DNA of 64,000 bases from Podarcis vaucheri. Taxonomy: Eukaryota. Location of the stretch: NCBI GenBank assembly GCA_965113315.1, contig OZ220370.1; one strand, given 5' to 3'. Numbering within the stretch: position 1 is the stretch's first letter; each line of letters begins with the position of its first letter. Shown piece by piece: positions 1-12,827 of this stretch. A program made the translations under genes and the position numbers. The notes beneath the pieces are model-generated. The model had not been told where the DNA came from. It saw only the letters and a program-made list of their open reading frames with translations, and made no database searches.

Positions 1-1376
1 AGTCCAAAAGATATTTCAGAGCGCCACTCTCCCCCTGACCCAAATCCAGATCCCAAAGGCCAGAGCATCCCTGCATAGGAGGATCTATCCAACTTTCCTT
101 CTCCAATCCAAGCAGGGATCCATCCCTCCAAATCTGACTTTCTCTAGATTCGATCATAAAGGGCAACAGCTTATGTTCATCAAATTGACTCTGTGAGGCC
201 GGGTTCTGTCCACTTGAGTTACTTGAGGTTCAACAACAACTTTCTCCTTCGTCTTCTCCACAGCTTGCCATGTCAAAACAGATTCCTGGGTCAATTCCTG
301 GGTAATTTCTGTATAGGTATTCCCTTTTTGTCCCAACTCAGTCATTTTTTGTCCCAAATTGTCAATTTTAATAATCATCACATCCATCTTCTCATGAAGC
401 TGTTCCAGTAAGGCACTTGTCTTGCAAAATGCAATCACTAAGGCTTCTCCTGTCAACATTCTTGTCCAAGGTCAGACTCTGATTCTCACGCTCTTTAATC
501 TCTGCAGCTGGAAAATTCCCCAGCTCCACTCCTGCAGCAGTTTCAAAAGCTCCCTCTAGGGGAAACAATTTCTATTTGTATCCATCCTTTTAAACGCAGA
601 TCCAGCGACAGAGTTGGTTTCGATTTTCAGTTACTTTTTTTTACTCCTTTTTAAGTGCAAAAGGAAACAATGGAAACAATATATTTTTCTTATTTAACTA
701 TCTGTCAACATACGTTTTATTCACAGTCAATGAACTTTCCCAAAACGTCAATCTTACTGGCAGCCCGTTCCCAGGTTTGAAACGGTGGTGATTTATCTTC
801 CTTCACTCTCTCTCCTGCAGGCTTAAACAATCTAAAATTCCCCCCCCCTCTTCTCCTGCTTCCAAGGGGGGTTTAGTAATTTTAACAGATGGAGATTTAA
901 TCCTTTACAAAAGACTTTCCAGGCTTTAGCTTGCAACGTCTTTGCTTCAATCTATTTACAAAAGAGGAAGGCGGACTTCCTGTTTGAAACCTTCCCGTTT
1001 GGATGCCAAATTAAGAAGTTTAGAGATCCAATTTTCCGTTCTACTCATGGGTAGTTGTTTATAATCCAATTGTCCACAGGAAAAAGTCAGCGCTCTCCGG
1101 CAACAGCAATGCGGCTTCACTCCGTGAAAGAAGCAGTCGATTTAAAGCACCGCGCCACTCACCCCACGTCGCTCCGGATCCCCGAAACCGGGTTTCCCTG
1201 TGAGTAGGGGAGGCGCAAAAGGTGCCAGCCGAATCCCACGTCCACAGGCTTCTCCCGCCTGTGGTTTTTAGTGGGTCTCCGCCTCGCTGTGGCGGTCCAG
1301 ACCCTGATTTCCACGGAGCGGATTCCTCCAGATCAGAGGAAATCCGCCATTGCCGGAGGCGCTAACCTGGAAGTCA
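1..1376 (-). mobile_element. Probable L1-like LINE 5' region (CpG-rich 5'UTR and degenerate coiled-coil ORF1 fragment) in a TAF2 intron
   Basis: Minus strand starts GACTTCCAGGTTAGCGCC with a CpG-rich leader. ORF 154..459 is coiled-coil-like (EQLHEKMDVMIIKIDNLGQKMTEL). Family assignment by recollection only. Confidence 0.45.
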
Positions 1377-2301
1377 CCCAACTAAATACAAATTGATCAG
1401 GGCACGAAAAACAGAATGCTGGCTCTCCCTTAACCATGGTTCGGTAGATAATCAAGGGCAGTCAGTGGGATCACACACTCTATGGAGAAAAATTCCACCT
1501 TCCTGCAGTGACATGAAAAACAATGCATTCCTACACATGCCTATGCAAAAGTAAGTCTCAGTGAGTCCATTGTGGCTTACCCTCAAGGTTAAATATGCAT
1601 GGGATTGAAGCTTAATGGATAGCTCATACCAATGTCAGCTCTGGTTAAAGGCTAAATCAGGCTCCCTCTTAACTAGGTTTTGTTAACCATGTTCTTGTTT
1701 ACAAACCCTGGTTAAGCAAGTCAGAGGTAGCTGTAACATAAAAGATATTCCAAGTTTGTTTTGATGCCATGTGGATGACATTATACAAGATTTAACACCT
1801 GTACATGTATTTATCTTGGATGACAACACTTTGGTCATTAAAAAAAAAATCAATAAAGTGTGTTTTAAAAAAGGAGAGAGGGGGAAGAGGTTGCTAACCC
1901 ATGATTCTCTAGATGTTGCAGGACTACTCCCACAGTCACACTGGCTAGGGCTGGTGGGAACTGTAGTCCAAAAACCTGGAGTGCCAAATCTTAGTCACCC
2001 CTGTTGAAAGCCATTAATTGAAGATGGTGCTGATGTCAGTACAGACATTAATTAGGTAGGGGGAAGGGGGGGGGAGTCTGCTCTAGAAAGAGAGCCCGCA
2101 ATTATGGTTGGCATAAAACTTATGTGGCCACGAGGAAATTCATGGTCTGTGGACACCATCCATTTGTGTATAACGGTAATAAACTTCATAGTCTGCTTTT
2201 AGGGTCACATCAGTGGAAGGCACTGAAATTCAAGTATTTAATTAATTATTTTTAAAAAAGTAATTATAAATAGGAAATTTTAAAAGTGTCCAAACACTTA
2301 C

Positions 2302-2437
2302 TTGTAACATGAACTCCATGCTTATTCTGTTTTCTATGAGTCTCATGACTAGGTGGGCTTTGCACTGGAACATAGTGTAGTACTCCCATGATAATGTGTG
2401 AGGATGCTTTATAGAAAAATGCAGGTGTGATGCAGGG
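2302..2437 (-). CDS. TAF2: TAF2 coding exon 11
   Basis: PASHLHFSIKHPHTLSWEYYTMFQCKAHLVMRLIENRISMEFMLQ; CAG acceptor, GTAAG donor; phases consistent. Confidence 0.95.
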
Positions 2438-2905
2438 CTGGAAAACAAAAATCAAGATCATTGCAGGAATATTTAATTTTGCATTTTAAGGGAAAGTCCC
2501 AAATACAGCAGAAAGTTCAAAAGTAAAAATTCAAAGAGTCAGACAGGATTTTCCTAATCCAGCAATTGAAAACTATTAATTAAAACTCTGATTATATTAA
2601 GAACAGGGGCTCAAGAAGTACACTTACAAATTGTACTCAGTGTTTTTTTAAAAATATTCTCAGGTAAACTTTGGGTAAAACTAAAACTATCTGGGTAAAT
2701 TGCAAACATCGGCAGTTTGCTTCTGCCTGTAACAATCTATGAACAGTTCAGACAGGAGCACAGAAGGGAGGAAAGAGGAGAAATAATGACTATCCTATAT
2801 TCTCTTTCATGGAGTACTTTAAAAAAAGATATGAGTAGACTCTTTTGGCTAAGGAAGACAGCAGTAATTACAATGGGGTGGTATTCAATTACGTTTACTC
2901 AGAAG

Positions 2906-3258
2906 AAAGGTAAAGGTAAAAGGGACCCCTGACCATTAGGTCCAGTCGTGGCCAACTCTGGGGTTGCGGCGCTCATCTCGCTTTATTGGCCGAGGGAGCC
3001 AACGTACAGCTTCCGGGTCATGTGGCCAGCATGACTAAGCCGCTTCTGGCGAACCAGAGCAGCGCACGGAAACACCGTTTACCTTCCCGCTGGAGCAGTA
3101 CCTATTTATCTACTTGCAGTATGACATGCTTTCGAACTGCTAGGTTGGCAGGAGCAGGGACCAAGCAACAGGAGCTCACCCTGTCGCGGGGATTCGAATC
3201 ACCGACCTTCTGATCAGAAAGTCCTAGGCTCTGTGGTTTAACCCACCCGCATCCCTCC
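2906..3258 (-). mobile_element. Sauria SINE
   Basis: (AAAGGT)n tail on the plus strand followed by GGGACCCCTGACCATTAGGTCCAG body; near-identical to five other copies in the window. Confidence 0.85.
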
Positions 3259-4096
3259 TTACTCAGCGTAGAAACAATTAAATTAATGGACCTATCTTAG
3301 AGACATTCATTAATATCAATGGGTCTACTCTGAATAGCATGTGTTACTCCTCTCCTTTGAGTCACCCAAAGCAGTCATCTCGCTGCTGGACCTTAGCCAT
3401 CACTGGGCACCTCCAAACTGCCTTGCCAGCAGTGCTTCAAGCAGCAAACCAGTGGTAAGGAGCCAGTGAAAAGGAACTTACTGGAGAAGAGGTATTTAAG
3501 CAGCCTTTTGCTTTCAATTATAGCCTCTTTAATAAAAACTATTCTCGGACACTTGAATTAGGCAACTCAAGTTGAACAACTGTTCCCTTTCATCTCATAT
3601 TGCTTATAAATCCATGTTGCCATCCCTATATTACCAATTTAAGACTTTGAATGTAGTATTTCAGCACCATTTAATGAGCAATAAAGTCACCTCCCTCCAT
3701 ATGGCTACACAGAATGAGGTTCGTCAGCCATATGCTCTAATTTATTTATTTTTAAACTGCAGTTTGTTCAAAGCTGATGTGCATCAGTCATTAGAAGGAC
3801 TCTAGTGCTTGTAAAAATAGCAGAATGTGTGTTTTAAAGTGATTTTCACACCTGTAGCAAAATAGTTTCCCTTTCCTTGGAAAGGTTTTTAATCTACTTA
3901 GCATATATTTTGTTAATATACTTCCATTCTGTAATTCAAACAAGGCAAATGTTTACCAAGGATGTCCTTTATGGGACCATTAGGTAGCTGAGGTAATGAA
4001 GCCTTTGGCCAAATGTCTCATTACTCACCTGAAGAGAGAGAGAGTGTGTGTGTGTTTGTGTGTGTATTATTGGCCCTATAAATCTACTAAACATAC

Positions 4097-4182
4097 TTGT
4101 CCTTTTCTTTTCCTCCACCAAAGATTGGATGAAGTAAGACTCCACCGGTCTTCAGTTCATACACCACTATTTTGTCCAGTTC
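4097..4182 (-). CDS. TAF2: TAF2 coding exon 10
   Basis: ELDKIVVYELKTGGVLLHPIFGGGKEKD; CAG/GTATG boundaries. Confidence 0.95.
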
Positions 4183-4950
4183 CTGAAATGCAAATAATAA
4201 TAACAATAATATTGCAACGGTGTATTTGGCTACAAAGAGAAGACAAGCTGTACACGGTCTTGTTGAAGCATATTAAAATTATGAGCATATTCAATTTGGT
4301 TTCCATCATTTCCCCTCCTTACAAATGTACCCATCAGGGGAATACTGTGCATTCAGATCACAAACCCTTCCCTTTTAAACTCAACTTCCACTACTTCACA
4401 TCAAAGATAAGCAGGGACAAACATTATCTGCAAAGAGCAGAACTGCAAACCACTGTGGTTTTTCAAGTGCATTTCAGATAATCCTTGGGCAGCTTGGGCA
4501 CTACTATTAGTTGCCCCTGCAATGTGTGATTGCCAGAGAGAGCTGAATGCATCATAAGACAAACACACACACACACACAAACATACACACACACTTTTCT
4601 ACACAACCCTTGAAAAGAGAGGCATTTTGCCTTTCTTTCCCTCTGCTGCTTGGTACCTTACTCTCAGTGAACAGGGTGAACAGTTACTGAAAAAAATGGA
4701 TGTGTTTTTTTTTTTTGGGGGGGGGAGATTTGTAAAAAACACAGTGCAATATTCTGATGACAACATATGAGGCTGTTTAAAAGGGGAAATGAAGACAGGG
4801 TGCAGGGTTAGAAAATTAAATCAAGATCACTTGAAAGCTTTTTATGGCAAAATCCATCACACTTGTTGATAGATATAATAAAGACACGCAAGGAAAAGAG
4901 GCAGATGGTCTGGACTAATTCATAAACCATGCACTTGGCAGAAGGGTGTA

Positions 4951-5275
4951 AAGGTAAAGGTAAGGGGACCCCTGACCATTAGGTCCAGTAGTGGCCAACT
5001 CTGGGGTTGCCGGCGTACAGCTTCCGGGTCATGTGGCCAGCATGACTAAGCCGCTTCTGGCGAACCAGAGCAGCGCACGGAAAAGCCGTTTACGTTCCCA
5101 CCGGAGCGGTACCTATTTATCTACTGGCACTTTGATGTGCTTTCGAACTGCTAGGTGGGCAGGAGCAGGGACCGAGCAACAGGAGCTCACCCCGTCGCGG
5201 GGATTCGAACTGCCGACCTTCTGATTGGCAAGTCCTAGGCTCTGTGGTTTAACCCACGGTGCCACCTGCATCCCC
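4951..5275 (-). mobile_element. Sauria SINE with 14-bp TSD
   Basis: TSD GGCAGAAGGGTGTA at 4937-4950 and 5276-5289. Confidence 0.9.
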
Positions 5276-5659
5276 GGCAGAAGGGTGTAGAACCCCCTAA
5301 AACAGAGGGCTAATTCTCACTAAAGTAGAAAACCAGTATCTGGGCTCTTCTTTCCTCAGACAGCAAGTCAGGGCTCACATGACTGGATGCTCATCTGCAG
5401 GGGTGGGGAAAGAACTGCTGGGTCCTACCTGAATGGCTGTTCTGTGTCACTACACCAGAGCATCACTGAGGGGGGTTTAGTGCCACCCTGTGGCCTGCAA
5501 GGGTGGGCAATTACCTTTAACCCGAGGCTGGCATGGTGGATTGCTAACACACTTCCAGAGAGAGAGAGAGAAACCTGTTCTGTTAATGCTTATGTAGCCA
5601 ACCCAATATAACATAATGCTTCCTCAAACAGAGGAACAAATTGAGGTTGAATCCTGTTT

Positions 5660-6430
5660 TTGGGGGACAGGAGGCGGGCAGGTGTGGAGAACTCCCTGGT
5701 CCTGAATGGGGTAACTGTGCCCCTGAAGGACCAGGTGCGCAGCCTGGGAGTCATTTTGGACTCACAGCAGTCAATGGAGGCACAGGTCAATTCTGTGTCC
5801 AGGGCGGCTGTCTACCAGCTCCACCTGGTACCCAGGCTGAGACCCTACCTGCCCGCAGACTGTCTTGCCAGAGTGGTACATGCTCTAGTTATCTGCTGCT
5901 TGGACTACTGCAATACGCTCTACGTGGGGCTACCTTCGAAGGTGACCCAGAAATGACAACTAATCCAGAATGCGGCAGCTAGACTGGTGAGTAGGAGCGG
6001 CCATAAGAACACACAACACTGGTCTTGAAAGACCTACATTGGCTCCCAGTATGTTTCCGAGCACAATTCAAAGTGTTGGTGCTGACCTTGAAAGCCTTAA
6101 ACAGTCTCGGTCCAGTATACCTGAAGGAGCGTCTCCACCCCCATCATTCTGCCTGGACACTGAGGTCCAGCGCTGAGGGCCTTCTGGTGGTTCCCTCAGG
6201 GAACCTGGCAGAGGGCCTTCTCAGTAGTGGCGCCCACCCTGTGGAACGCCCCCCCCCCATCAGATGTCAAAGAAATAAACAACTATCTGACGTTTAGAAG
6301 ACATCTGAAGGTAGCCCTGTTTAATGACGGATGTTTTAATGTATTTCTAATCTTATGTTGGAAGCCGCCTAGAGTGGCCAGGGAAACCCAGCCAGATGGG
6401 GAGGCTATAATTAATAAATTATTATTAATA
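5660..6430 (+). mobile_element. L2 LINE 3' fragment
   Basis: RT C-terminal peptides VRSLGVILDSQ...LDYCN and LHWLPV...FKVLVLT; 3' tail with (TTA)n. Confidence 0.85.
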
Positions 6431-6657
6431 ATAATGATGATGTCACCCAAAGCAGCTTCACTGGTCAGTTACCCAGGGAACACTGTTTTGCCAAATATTT
6501 CTAGAACTGCACACATAGGTATTGTGTAATCTCCCACTTAATTGTGACAGCTTCATCCTAAAATGCATGAATGGAAAGGATAGCTCCATTCGTGCATCCC
6601 CTTGTGTATCTGTGTAAAAGGATAAAGATGCTTTCAAAATCCATCGGGGTTCATTAC

Positions 6658-6757
6658 CTCCTTGATCCAGTGCCGATACTCATTTACACCAAAGGTTTTC
6701 TTCATCCAGAGGCCATAAATATAGCCAGAGATTCCTTTCAACACCCACTCATCTGAC
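6658..6757 (-). CDS. TAF2: TAF2 coding exon 9
   Basis: SDEWVLKGISGYIYGLWMKKTFGVNEYRHWIKE; CAG/GTAAT. Confidence 0.95.
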
Positions 6758-7186
6758 CTGTAAGCGAAGAAGCAATGCAAGAAAAAGCCCTCTTGATTTA
6801 CAGAATCTCCGTGCTGAATGCACTCCTAGTGAAAATACTTTAAAAGCTAACAACTCTAACCATCTAAATAAATAAAGGACTAATGAACCCAGAACAGATG
6901 TATATATCCTGGCAGTGAAAGAAAGCCTTAAGTGTAATTAAAATCTAGGCAACTACATCTTTTGGTATTTTTATTTAAAATATTCTCTAGTATACAGAAA
7001 CTTAAAAATCTATGTAAGTAAATAGACATTAAGAGCTTGTAGGTTATCTTGCACATTTAAGAAACCCCAAATGTGCTATGATTGCTGTAATAGCTATAGA
7101 ATTTATCTGCATTTATGCTTTATAATGATTCTCATACTCAGAGCCAAAATTTGATGTGGGAGTTATCTATTTTAAGATGTACTCAC

Positions 7187-7300
7187 CAAGACATTCTAGA
7201 TATGAAACAGCCAAAAAACTGCTGGGCCAGAGCTTGAGCCAAACATCTCCTGGTCAGCGGGGTCTCATCTATTATCATTGCACTGTGCAAAAGGTTTGTG
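7187..7300 (-). CDS. TAF2: TAF2 coding exon 8
   Basis: TNLLHSAMIIDETPLTRRCLAQALAQQFFGCFISRMSW; TAG/GTGAG. Confidence 0.95.
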
Positions 7301-7635
7301 CTAAATGAAAAACACAAACAAGCATATGCACAACGGTGGCAAAGAAAATCTTCAGGAGAAACAAAACCCTCCACCCCAGTTTAATCAAGTAAACATGAAC
7401 AAATAATAGCAGAATTTTAACAAGAGAAGTATAAAACAGCTTTCTTAAGTCTTATACGGGTCAGCTTCACATGCAACATGAAGCCAAACAATCACTAAGT
7501 GTGAACCAACAGGTGTGTGTACTCAGAGTAAAAATCACAGTTGCATCCCTCCTTTGCCAAATGCACTTTGGACTGTGGTCGCAAAATTAAAATTGGGAAC
7601 ATTTTAAAACACCCTATGTTTCTAAAACTGGCTGT

Positions 7636-7860
7636 TAGTGGCACCCACCCTGTGGAACGCCCTCCCATCAGATGTCAAAGAGAAAACTTTTAGAAAACAT
7701 CTGAAGGCAGCCCTGTTCAGGGAAGCTTTTAATGTTTACTAGGCTATTGTATTTTAATATTCAGCTGGAAGCTGCCCAGAGTGGCTGGGGAAACCCAGCC
7801 AGATGGGCGGGTTATAAATAATAAATTGTTGTTGTTGTTACTATTATTATTGTTATTACT
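7636..7860 (+). mobile_element. L2 LINE 3' end
   Basis: Similar to 6227-6430; (TTG/TTA)n tail. Confidence 0.75.
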
Positions 7861-8213
7861 ATGCATTGGATTGAAGTCAATCTGGCAACTCTTATCTCAT
7901 CAGTCGATTCTATGGCAACCTTTGGCATCATTTTATAAGCTGGAAACTGAACTGAAACGTGGAGCTAGCTCAAAGGCATCCCTTGCAAATACGCAACTGA
8001 GTTTCAGCCTAAAGCCCAGGTCCCAGTATAATGCTATCCTTGGCCTTATGAACTTAAATGATGGCACTGAGTTTCCTTTAAAAATACAAAACAGCAAAAA
8101 ACCTCTAGTGATTTGGACTGAAGTATCTCTCTACCAGCATGAGATACGATGAAGTGTGATGGATATCTGTGCATTTCTCAAATCACTTCTTTTTAGATGG
8201 GTTAGTTCTAAGT

Positions 8214-8588
8214 AAAGGTAAAGGGTAAGGTGAAGGTAAAGGGACCCCTGACCATTAGGTCCAGTCACGGACGACTCTGGGGTTGCAGCACTCATCTCGC
8301 TTTATTGGCCGAGGGAGCTGTCGTTTGTCTGCATACAGCTTCCAAGTCATGTAGCCAGCATGAATAAGCTGCTTCTGGCGAACCAGAGCAGCGCACGGAA
8401 ATGCCATTTACCTTCCCACCGGAGCGGTACCTATTTACTTGCACTTTGACGTGCTTTTGAACTGCTATGTGGGCAGGAGCAGGGACCAAGCAATGGGAGC
8501 TCACCCCGTCGCAGGGATTCAAACTGCCAACCTTCTGATTAGCAAGCCCTGGGCTCTGTGGTTTAACCCACAGCGCCACCCGCGTCCC
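8214..8588 (-). mobile_element. Sauria SINE
   Basis: Same family; near-perfect TSD GTTAGTT(C/A)TAAGTA; ends about 20 nt from the TAF2 exon 7 donor. Confidence 0.88.
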
Positions 8589-8608
8589 AGTTAGTTATAA
8601 GTACTTAC

Positions 8609-8793
8609 CTAAAAATGCTCATGGAAGCGTAAGCAGCTACTTCAACGTAGGCCTCGTCAACGAAAACCGTCTTGAAACAGGAGTAAGGATAGCGGCACGT
8701 AAGTATCTCTTCATAGAATTCAAATACTTCATGGAGGTAAGATGTGGTGTGTTTGAGCAGTGGGAGAAGCTGGGGTAAACAGAAATGAGTCAC
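8609..8793 (-). CDS. TAF2: TAF2 coding exon 7
   Basis: [61 protein letters not shown]; TAG/GTAAG. Confidence 0.95.
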
Positions 8794-9440
8794 CTACAAC
8801 AAGAACAAGGGAGAAAACTTTTAAAAAAAACAAAACCAAAGTCAAGTTAGCAAATAGCTAAAAGTGAACATTAGAAAACGCTGCCAATGGAAAATATAAA
8901 GATTAGCAAGTTTGACCCTGAGGTCACCATCACTGCATGCATATAGCTTAGAGATGCAGAAGATGAGGTGGTGAACTGGCTATGCAGCTTTGCTAGTCCT
9001 CCACAGCTTTCCAGAGATCCAGGAAAACAGTTAACGTGAGGCACGGCCAGAGGCTATGTACAACAGCCTATCTGCTGTATGAAGTGTCATAAAGTAGCAA
9101 GCTTTCAAGTGGGTGTTTATGGTACTTCCAGCCATTGGAATCGACTGCAAGTTACAACAAGAATTGGTACTTCCCAAAGATAAGGCAACAGACTTACGAC
9201 AACACACAAAACTTTTATAAAGCAATAGTCAGGGGGAAAAGTGATATAAATAGAGCGATAAATTTAGATTCCGACTTTAGGATTCTGGCTGTTGAGAACT
9301 TATTTTAGATATTGTTCTATCCCTGGGCATTCAGGATAGGGAACATGATTTCTTAAGAACTAAGAAATATAACAGGACAAATAAAAAAAGCACTGAAAAA
9401 TCCTATATGACCAATATAGCAAGAGGAAAACCCTAATCAT

Positions 9441-9790
9441 AGGGATGTGGGTGGCGCTGTGGGTTAAACCACAGAGCCTAGGACTTGCTGATCAGAAGGT
9501 CGGCGGTTCAAATCTCCACGACGGGGTGAGCTCCCGTTGCTCGGTCCCTGCTCCTGCCAACCTAGCAGTTCGAAAGCATGCCAGTGCAAGTAGATAAATA
9601 GGTACCACTCCGGTGGGAAGGTAAACAGCGTTTCCGTGCGCTGTTCTGGTTCGCCAGAAGCGGCTTAGTCATGCTGGCCACGTGACCCGGAAGCTGAATG
9701 CCAGCTCCCTCGGCCAATAAAGCGAGATGAGCGCCGCAACCCCAGAGTCAGCCACGACTGAACCTAATGGTCAGGGGTCCCTTTACCTTT
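9441..9790 (+). mobile_element. Sauria SINE
   Basis: Same family in the opposite orientation, ending CCCTTTACCTTT. Confidence 0.88.
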
Positions 9791-9873
9791 AAAACCCTTT
9801 AGAACCTCAGACCAGGACAAATCACGTGGAATAGGAGAAGCGCCACACAGAGGCTGCCTATGAAAAGAATTAC

Positions 9874-10105
9874 CTCATGCATGTAGGGATCAACAAGAAT
9901 TTCAAATGGTCCGATGGCCAAGGAGATGTTCGATGCTGCAGTTGGAATTGTCAGCATATAATGGAAGGTCTTTTTTCTCATATCATGAGTATACACCGTT
10001 TCCACCAGGTCTCCATTTGAGACAGCCACCATTGTGGCATCCACAGTATATTCCAGTTTCCATGTGCATAGTTCGGAGTATGAATCAACACAAGGAAACC
10101 AAAAC
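9874..10105 (-). CDS. TAF2: TAF2 coding exon 6
   Basis: [33 protein letters not shown]...[13 protein letters not shown]; CAG/GTAAT. Confidence 0.95.
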
Positions 10106-10255
10106 CTGGAGAGAAAGTGAAGTCATTAAAAACCATAATCATCTTCCCAATCCAAGACAAATGTTGCTGTACTTGATGTGTAGGCATCTGGGGCCTTAGC
10201 TTTACCAAAACAGTACAATCCTGCAAGCAGCTGACCCTTCCCAAATCTTTGATAA

Positions 10256-11112
10256 TGGGGATGGCTAACACCCCAGAGGACAGGATCACACTTCAAAACG
10301 ACCTTGACAGATTAGAGAACTGGGCCAAAACAAACAAGATGAATTTTAACAGGGAGAAATGTAAAGTATTGCACTTGGGCGAAAAAAATGAGAGGCACAA
10401 ATACAAGATGGGTGACATCTGGCTTGAGAGCAGTACATGTGAAAAGGATCTAGGAGTCTTGGTTGACCACAAACTTGACATGAGCCAACAGTGTGACGCG
10501 GCAGCTAAAAAAGCCAATGCAATTCTGGGCTGCATCAATAGGAGTATAGCATCTAGATCAAGGGAAGTAATAGTGCCACTGTATTCTGCTCTGGTCAGAC
10601 CTCACTTGGAGTACTGTGTCCAGTTCTGGGCACCACAGTTCAAGAAGGACACTGACAAACTGGAATGTGTCCAGAGGAGGGCAACCAAAATGGTCAAAGG
10701 CCTGGAAACAATGCCTTATGAGGAACGGCTAAGGGAGCTGGGCATGTTTAGCCTGGAGAAGAGGAGGTTAAGGGGTGATATGATAGCCATGTTCAAATAT
10801 ATAAAAGGATGTCACATAGAGGAGGGAGAAAGGTTGTTTTCTGCTGCTCCAGAGAAGTGGACACGGAGCAATGGATCCAAACTACAAGAAAGAAGATTCC
10901 ACCTAAACATTAGGAAGAACTTCCTGACAGTAAGAGCTGTTCGACAGTGGAATTTGCTGCCAAGGAGTGTGGTGGAGTCTCCTTCTTTGGAGGTCTTTAA
11001 GCAGAGGCTTGACAACCATATGTCAGGAGTGCTCTGATGGTGTTTCCTGCTTGGCAGGGGGTTGAACTCGATGGCCCTTGTGGTCTCTTCCAACTCTATG
11101 ATTCTATGATTC
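10256..11112 (+). mobile_element. Young 5'-truncated CR1 LINE
   Basis: Uninterrupted RT C-terminal frame (LQNDLDRLENWA...KCKVLHLG...RPHLEYCVQFWAP) and (ATTCTATG)n tail. Confidence 0.93.
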
Positions 11113-12108
11113 TCCATTCTGTCAATGCATAAACATAAAGAACTACAAAAAGCTAGCCAGCTTAGGACTCCCATGAGGCTGCTACTCCACGTTAATAAGT
11201 TCAGTTCTACAATACTGAAAGACTGACTAGTCTGGGGAGGCTTCGAAAGTTCTACTTCAGAAAAGTACACTGCAAGGCACACTTGAAATATGTTTGCACC
11301 TTTGCAAGAGAGCTCCCAGGGTCCAACAGTGATGTCTTCAGTCCTTTGTTTTTTGTTCTTCTTGTTGTTGATACAGGAATGTACAGATTAATTCCTCCAC
11401 CCACCCAAAAAATAACAGGGGTGGGGATGGGGAATGTATTCCAGTTCTCTTGAAGTGGTATAACATATAAAAAATGGAAAGTTAAGCAGGTAAAATGCTA
11501 AGATTTTTCCTTTTCTATTCGGACAGACTGCCAGTCAAAGCTTAGGGGCTTTCTCATTCGTTTTAACAATGATAAATCAGACTCTGATAGCTCTGGAAAT
11601 TAAATATACATTATTCAAAAGAGAAGAAGGGGAGGGTAATGAAGCACCACAGGTCAACTGACCCTATATTTACTGAGCAGCACGTAAAATATCTATTTTA
11701 CTGAATGACCATCAATTGAAAAGCTGCCAATTGGCAATGAGTGCACACATGGGTTATTTGTTTTCTTCCATGTAAGGAAAACACCATGTCTGAATGGTCT
11801 TAAAATATTCTGAAATGACCGTAAAGCAAAATAGGACCTCATTTCCAACTCTCACAACACTCTTCAATTTCAAGGCCCGTGGGAAATGGGAGCATAAGAC
11901 TGTGCAACTCTCTTTTTTAAAAATAATTTTTATTCATTTTCCAAACAATTTTATACAGTCAACAAATATTTTAACACTCATTCTTCATTTTTTGACTTCA
12001 ATTTTTGACTTCTCTGTCAATCTTTTGTAAAATTTCTATTTTGTTAATGCATTTCAAAACATAATATTGCCTTTTAGAACTCCTTTTCCTCTTACTCTCT
12101 TTTTTGCA

Positions 12109-12250
12109 GTTACAGATAGGTAGCCGTGTTGGTCTGCCATAGTCAAAATAAAAAATTCCTTCCAGTAGCACCTTAAAGACCAACTAAGTTAGTTCTTGGT
12201 ATGAGCTTTCGTGTGCATGCACACTTCTTCAGATACCCAGATAGCAGATA
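12109..12250 (-). mobile_element. Penelope-like element terminal fragment
   Basis: Flanked by a 13-bp direct repeat TCTCTTTTTTGCA (12096-12108, 12251-12263); contains a hammerhead ribozyme, a hallmark of PLE pseudo-LTRs. Confidence 0.75.
12198..12237 (-). ncRNA. Minimal type I hammerhead ribozyme
   Basis: GGUAU-CUGAAGA-A-GUGUG-CAUG-CACAC-GAAA-GC-UC-AUACC: CUGANGA and GAAA core, 5-bp stems I and II, palindromic AGCU stem III. Confidence 0.85.
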
Positions 12251-12685
12251 TCTCTTTTTTGCACTATTTCTTACTATCTCACAGAGTCTCTTCAAAACCA
12301 ACAAGCGTTGTCTGTACATCACATATGTTTTTCAGATATTCTGTAAATCTCCCCCAGTCCTCGATAAATTTTTGGTCTTTCTGATATCGAATCTTCCCAG
12401 TCAATTTATCCAATTCTGCATATTCAGTCAATTTCCTTCTCCATTCTTCCACTGCTGGAATTTATTCCTGCTTCCATCTTTGGGCCAGAAGTATCCTTGC
12501 AGCAGTCACTGCGTATTGAAACAGTTTACAGTCTCTCTTATTAATTTCAATTCCTACCATTCCTAATAGGAAGGCCTCTGGTTTTTTAACAAACGTATAT
12601 TTCAACATCTTTTTCAATTCATTGTATATCATTTCCCAGAAGCCTTTCACCCTTTTACACTCCCACAAGACTCTGCAACTCTCAC

Positions 12686-12827
12686 CTTGTAGAATTTTGA
12701 TACCCGCAAGAGAAGACATGGGCTCCTCTTTCTGCTAAGCTTCCTTCCACGTTGGGTACCACAAAATGAAGGCCTCCTTTTGGCTGGTCCAGAGAAAAGT
12801 TGATATGTACCTTCAAGACTTTTAATT
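12686..12827 (-). CDS. TAF2: TAF2 coding exon 5
   Basis: LKVLKVHINFSLDQPKGGLHFVVPNVEGSLAERGAHVFSCGYQNST; CAG/GTGAG. Confidence 0.95.

Larger units (their letters stand above)
11910..12668 (-). mobile_element. 5'-truncated L1-like LINE 3' fragment, interrupted by a Penelope-like insert
   Basis: WECKRVKGFWEMIYNELKK...KKPEAFLLG...AARILLAQRWK is homologous to the 34093-34710 copy; poly(A) and AATAAA near 11913-11935. Confidence 0.85.

Noticed and set aside
2986-5224. Recurrent peptide LPGHVASMTKPLLANQSSARK
   Set aside because: Antisense translation of Sauria SINE copies, not a gene family.
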